In this document: positions 63,885 to 64,000 of the stretch, piece by piece
Position numbering within the stretch: position 1 is the stretch's first letter
How the letters are laid out: every line of letters begins with the position of its first letter
Assembly (NCBI GenBank): GCA_010015585.1
Contig: ML975149.1
DNA length: 64,000 nucleotides
Reading direction: 5' to 3' (one strand)
Source: Eremomyces bilateralis CBS 781.70
Taxonomy: Eukaryota
The notes under the pieces: generated by a model
Database searches by the model: none
What the model saw: the letters and a program-made list of their open reading frames with translations, nothing else
Told to the model about the DNA's origin: nothing
Translations under genes and position numbers: made by a program

Positions 63885-64000
63885 GGACCAGGATATATGG
63901 AGTCAACTTGTGCACGGAGCGTAGTGTATGTTTGCGCTATTTGCTTCTAAATCAAAGCATTGGAGCGGATCGGGCGTTTGGATCGATTTGTACGGTGCCA

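Noticed and set aside
1..64000. CRISPR arrays, tRNA/rRNA genes, intact transposons, inteins
   Set aside because: None recognised by eye. The DNA is fungal nuclear sequence, and MCM6 and the other core proteins appear to have normal lengths.

Overview
Eukaryotic, intron-containing DNA from a filamentous ascomycete (short GT-AG introns with CTRAC/CTAAT branch points). About 21 protein-coding genes can be reconstructed by hand. The core genes are folylpolyglutamate synthase (5' end only), UBA1, a DCAF7/WDR68-like WD40 protein, a CENP-U-like kinetochore protein, ATG28, cytoplasmic dynein heavy chain, FAD synthetase, sulfite reductase beta subunit, MCM6, SEN34, an Eap1/4E-T-like protein and a probable mitoribosomal protein. 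Two accessory patches lie among them: a P450 plus an ethylene-forming enzyme at 1-5 kb, and at 41-54 kb an MDR reductase, a secreted protein with a copper-monooxygenase-like ligand pattern, a divergent histone H4 variant, a DUF4188-type monooxygenase, a benzaldehyde-lyase-like ThDP enzyme and an F-box protein. Features missed or not interpreted by the ORF track include an 8-exon histone H4 variant, a box C/D snoRNA with compensated non-canonical C/D boxes in the 5'UTR intron of SEN34, an AUG-less NLS-bearing N-terminal extension of UBA1, a two-ATG mitochondrial/cytosolic FPGS start, a GC-AG intron, and a phased MCB array upstream of MCM6. Splice models and family assignments were made by eye from remembered motifs; no searches were run.
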